A stretch of DNA of 63,528 nucleotides, the filler included, from Choristocarpus tenellus KU-1152 (taxonomy: Eukaryota > Protista > Phaeophyceae): the NCBI GenBank assembly GCA_964200185.2. It is 8 parts of 8 records of this genome, joined end to end, with 100 filler letters (N's around TTAATTAATTAA, not from the genome) between each part and the next. Parts side by side here need not be neighbours in the genome. Positions count along the whole stretch, not along the records: positions 54,561 to 63,528 come from CAXNAD020004153.1; 7 more parts are not named here. One strand, given 5' to 3'. Below the pieces are notes generated by a model that ran no database searches, was not told the origin of the DNA, and saw only the letters and a program-made list of their open reading frames with translations. Of this stretch, positions 58,601 through 63,528 are shown in pieces. Positions within the stretch are counted from its first letter, which is position 1. Each line of letters begins with the position of its first letter. Made by a program: the position numbers and the translations under genes.

Positions 58601-61600
58601 AGAGGACAGGTGAACTGAGACGCACGAGTCACTATCCTCTGCGAGCAGAAGACACAACACACACAAACACAAAAAAACATGAAAACGTACATCAATTAAT
58701 AACGGATTCAAATATATTGCAGATTAATCAAAGTGTAGTGATTCAATCGAATCTAAGATTCACAAATAGAAATATACCTCGATTTTGGTCAGCAGTACAA
58801 TATGCATAAATAGGCAAGAATCAGTTCAAGGTAGTTTTGAGTACACTCACTATATGCAGGCAGCGAGAATATTCATAACATTGCACCATCCTTGTGAATC
58901 CCATTTGTTAGTCAGCAGAACTCAGGAATATTATGGTTTAAATGCAGTGGTATGCACACACCCCAAAATAAACAAACAAACTGTTTATTTCACTGCTTCA
59001 ATCCCTTGCCACCTCTGTTCATTCACTACACCTCACTAAACCTCTACTATCTGGCAGTCAATGGTAAAAAGATGTATGATGTAAACACTACTAGTACATA
59101 TTAGTATCACCGTAAAACAATCAAGACATTGTTCCTCAAACAACTTGAGACAGTTCCTCAAACAACTTGAAACAAACTCTAAAGTTCAAGTTCCACATAC
59201 CAACCAAAAGCACAGGATTATAAAAGTATTTGAAAAGGAGTAGGGCACAAGTGTACCAAGAAGGAGATACATGATGGAGTACACAACTAAAAACCTGACA
59301 CAAGTTTTAAGTACTAAGTATCAAGTACCAAGTACCAAGTACCAGGTCACACTGAAGCCACAATGCCCTCCTTATGAAGTGTGACTAACCCTAACCCTAA
59401 CCCTAACCCTAAACAAGTACAAGATACACTAATAAAATACAAAAACGTACTTAATTATCATTATCACACACCACCATATTTAAGCATCATATGCCCCAGA
59501 GAGAAAGTATGCTCTGCCTCCCCAATAAACCAAAAAATATTATCGTAGCAAAAAAACTGAGCACAATTTCCCCCCAAAAAATTCAGTCTCAAGACCCTAA
59601 TTCTTTTTTCTTGTTCTCAACAGCCCATATAGAGAGAGAGAGAAATACTAGAGTAGAAATACTAGAGTAGAAATACTTCATTTTCAGTAACCCAGTGGAT
59701 GTAACTGTACCCAATGTAACTGTAGTAAAAAAGAAAAGTGTGTATAAAACTTGCCACAAACACCTACACACAACATCCACTCTGAATTTAACATCCCACA
59801 GCATACCATTCCACAAACTCCAGAGCATGCCTAACGATACTGCATATCATAGGTATTCCTTCACCTTGTCCTTGTCTCCTTCAGATTTTTCCTCACCACC
59901 TCCCCCTCCCCCTCCTTTCAAACTTGATAAGGGCAAGGCATTGCTACTCTTGGTCTCTGCTGACGTTTTCCCCTCTTTAAGTTGCTGCACGACCCTTATA
60001 CCACCCCCCCTCTCCCTCTTGCGACTCTCCTCTTCTTCCTTTGCCAGCGATTGCTTCTTATTCCAGACCTTTTATAGAGGGTTAGGGATAGAGATGGGGT
60101 TAGGGTTAGGATAAGGTAGGGATAGGGTTGGGATTTGAGAGTGGTCTACACATTTTGAGAAGGGGAATGAACTACAAAGGGGAGAAAAGAAGACAAGATG
60201 GGGGAGGAGGGATAAGATGGCTCTTGTGGTGAGTGATGTGACCACCCCTTCTTTTTTTTAAATCCACTTGGTACAAATAGTCCAGAAAGGAGAGAAAAGG
60301 GGTTTGATAGAGGATAGAAGGCGGTATGTTGTAACAGCTACCACCCAGTAAGGGGAGGCTGGTTGATTGAATTATCAAGGACAAAGGCACACACTTTCAC
60401 GTAGTTGATTGAATTATAAATGACAACACAGCTTTGTAGAACCCTCTCAGTCCCTCAAAAGGCGGGAGCAATATTTGAGAGAGAGAAGGGTGATCACACA
60501 ATGGTGGTATTCATAGTCTTGGTACCATAAATAATCTTGATACAAATTAAGGTTCTACAATCCACAAAACCGCCATGTTGTTCACATACACAATCATAGC
60601 AACAGCAGAACAGATCAAGCAATGGGACCAAGTAGTTTGTGAAGTACTGAATTAGTACCTAGCAGTACCAATACATTTCAGTCACTGGGAAAACCCAAAG
60701 TAGGGCCCGTACGAGGATAACCATACAATAAAAACATCAACTCAACCACATCTTTCATCCCACCCTTCCCATCAAGAAATGAGTACCAACTGCTTCATGA
60801 ACTAGTGGCATCAGTACTTCACAGTTCCAGCAAACATATTCAATCCGCATAGGATCACCCTATGTCACTACAAATTAGCACTACAAATTAGCACTACCAG
60901 TACCAGCAGCAGTTCATGTGATTATAGACTGGGGCTGGGGCTATGGTGAAGTAATCTTAACCCTAACCCTAACTACTAAGTACTCTAAAGTGTCAATAGT
61001 GGTGATGCGTTGATGTGGTACTGGAATAACCATCGCCTATGTACTACCCAGGACCAATGGAGGTACTTCAAGTTCCATACTATTCTACATGCATTCTACA
61101 ATTGTGACATCAAGTTTGAGGCTCATGAAAACAGTCAGCTTTGGATAGGGTCATCCACTAGGTCAAACCAGACAAAACAGTTGTAGGGAGTGGCTGAGAA
61201 GACACAGACATGACTGAGATGTGTTCAAAAAAGGGTCAACCAACATCATTTCCTGACAACCCTCCTCAACATTTTTTTTTAAATGCACAGACACACTTAA
61301 CACTTAACACACAACACTCAACACTCAACACACAACACACAACACACAACACACAACACACAACACACAACACACAACACACAACACACAACACACAGCA
61401 CACAACACACAACACACATCTTGTGAAGTGAGCTTTTTCCTGTTCTCAGTGTTGGTATTGCTTCGGGATCGAGTAGCTGGGATAGGCCTCCTGCAGGGGC
61501 ATCAAGCGCAGGAGAAGCAGTGACGGGGTAGAAAATAAAAAATATTATTTTATTAACATATTAGTACATTAGTACATTAGCATATCGGTACAATATTAGT

Positions 61601-63528
61601 ATATTAGTACTGAGTATATTAGTATTATAATATATTGGTACATTAGCGTATCATTCTATTATTTAGTTAATATCTTACTACATTGGTGTACAAAGGGGAA
61701 GAGGAAGGTGGGAAACTGTATATATATATATATATATGGAATACATCCTCAAAGCAATGATCTTGAGTACAAACACAGGCAATACCAGAAAAATGAGAAA
61801 AAAACGATAATAATAATAACAATAATAACAACTATAATAATAATAACAATAACAATAATAACAGTAACAACAATAATAATAATAACAATAACAATAATAA
61901 CAACTCATCTACAATACCCAAACAAAAATTTCCCTACAAAAACAACCTTGCTGCTCTTGAAGAAAGCAGCACTGTCTCTTGCTCAGTAGCGTTTCCACAT
62001 CAAACCATCCTCAAAATCAGAACAATTCATCTCCTTGATCATCTCACCACAAACCTAACGCCTTCAATTTTCCTCAAACTCCACCCTCACCTCTCCTCAT
62101 AGCCCGCCAAGTCGTCCATCTGGTGCACCAGGAAACACAGTAATACATTGGCAAACGTACAACTAGCCGTCTCATTTGCTAAAAGGTGTTGAGGAATAGT
62201 AAGCAGGGCAGGGTCATCCAGGATACACTCGAAGAGAATCGACACGTGTCTTCCCACCTACAATAGATAGGTGAGTTGTGCCAATGTCAGATAATTAACC
62301 AGCAAGGGGAGGGATGAGGCACAGGGACTGTGGGGATGCACTCAAGACCCCAAGGTTTCTAGAGAGAACAGGCGTCCGTGAAATAAAAATCAGTTACAGT
62401 AACATTTGACAAACGCCTTCCAGCACAAAGTTCTTTCAAGTCCTGGGCGGGGGACACTGACAGGCAGAGATCATCTCCTGTCCCTTCAAGAACATCTGGG
62501 TTATTTCAATCACTATAATACAACCATAACCCTAAACCTAACTCTAACCCTCAATCATGCAGAAACATACTCAAAATTATCACTCTCTGAACCCATTGCA
62601 TCACACACAACGGTATCAAATAGAACATAAAATCAATCACAGAGGAGAAGAGCAAGCAGGAAGACTATCCTTCACCCACACCCACACCCACACCCACACT
62701 CACACCCAAACCAGACACCCTCCGCCCCTACCGTAGTCCTCAGATCATAAGGATCCAGTACAGTAAAGGCCCCCGCAAAGTGATCCAGCGCCTCCTTCCA
62801 CTCAGGGTGAGTTGAAGTTCCAGACCTTGTGAACACTCTAAGGCATGGCAGAGCCCACTTGAAGAACTTTGCCGTGTGCTCTCGCTCTTCCATTGACATT
62901 GGTCGACGAATGGGAAGACCGCCATTGCTTCCTGTTCCTGTCCCTGAAGTGGTTACTAAGCCTGATGTGCTCGCTTGTCCTGCCTTGGGCTGTCGGTAGT
63001 TGGAGCAGCACCATATGACAGTCTTGAGACCAGTGATCATTGTCTTCGCCAAACTCTTGTGTTTCGGAGAGAGACAGAGAGAGACAGAGAGAGACAGAGA
63101 GAGAGTTCATCCACCAGTCACAGGAACTCAAAAAAGCAAGACATCTTACTATTCTTACATTCACAAGACAATTACTTTGCAAAGAATAATTAAAACAATA
63201 GCTTAACAAATAGAAAAAAAAAAGATAAAATTATTCTTACTAACAGAACAGAAAAACAAACCACACCTTCATGTCCTGGATGCTGTCCCCAACCTCTGGG
63301 GGACCCCCGAGAGCATACTTCCGGGCTGTACCTTCTACCTTTTCTGGCTCTGGGCACCTCAACATCTTAAGCTGTGCTGCAGCACTGTTGTCCGCCTCAC
63401 TCCCACTACCAGAACCACGGACACGAACACCCCCTCCCCCACCAGCCCCACCCTCACCTTCCGCTGCGGCAAGCACTCTAACACCAACACCACCAGAGGC
63501 ACCAGCATCAGACACCACTGCCCCCCCC
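55681..63528 (-). CDS. TRRAP: Internal exons of transformation/transcription domain-associated protein (PIKK pseudokinase scaffold of SAGA/NuA4), central HEAT region
   Basis: Exons >63528-63267, 62732-63055, 62091-62257, 61418-61490, 59865-60068, 57865-58107, 56586-56864, 55681-55860. Diagnostic peptides LRLFKVVFGSVTLF..NERVLRPHL, NYYFLLRALFRSISGGKFE, VELCLTVPARLASLLPHLP, LRTLEFWVDNLNPDYL, ALRLLGKLGGRNRRFL. Confidence 0.96.
56071..56360. repeat. Intronic hexamer satellite (AATGTC/RATATC)n with 12-bp and 72-bp higher-order periods
   Basis: ~48 hexamers. Variant RATACC recurs at 56201, 56273, 56345 and AACGTC at 56183, 56255. Confidence 0.95.
57548..57640. repeat. (GTACCAR)n heptamer microsatellite; related tracts near 50544-50600 and 59310-59347
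   Basis: GTACCAA units grading into GTACCAG units. Confidence 0.92.
61300..61417. repeat. (AACACAC)n heptamer microsatellite abutting a TRRAP splice donor
   Basis: ~16 units seen directly. Confidence 0.92.
61806..61903. repeat. (AAT/AAC)n trinucleotide microsatellite
   Basis: Seen directly, intronic. Confidence 0.92.

Overview
Eukaryotic nuclear DNA, most likely a brown alga or close ochrophyte. This is inferred from intron-dense genes, TTAGGG-type repeats and GTACCAR microsatellites. The window is not one locus: 8 contigs are joined by 7 artificial 100-nt spacers (N44-TTAATTAATTAA-N44), so gene adjacency across spacers carries no meaning. Host genes reconstructed by hand from splice sites and phase are: (1) a 5'-truncated ~27-exon minus-strand gene for a Pmp-like beta-helix + Cys-rich + ~8-9 TM membrane protein; (2) an EF-hand protein fragment; (3) the 5' part of a TPR-like gene; (4) an intronless BTB-TLDc-BTB gene; (5) two exons of a CNMT/CFA-synthase-like SAM methyltransferase; (6) an internal part of TRRAP/Tra1. 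Mobile DNA includes a full-length decayed Ty1/Copia element (both LTRs, GGTAT TSD) in an intron, a decayed Ty3/Gypsy element, and CRE-like non-LTR 3' fragments, one of them 5'-inverted. There are also ~18 full or partial copies of a MITE superfamily with shared TIRs and 3-bp TSDs, nested in itself and in both LTR elements, and sitting at many contig breaks. I found no convincing multi-gene novel system. The best leads are the MITE superfamily, the inverted and tandem CRE-like insertions, the Copia without a canonical PBS, and the beta-helix multi-TM receptor-like protein.
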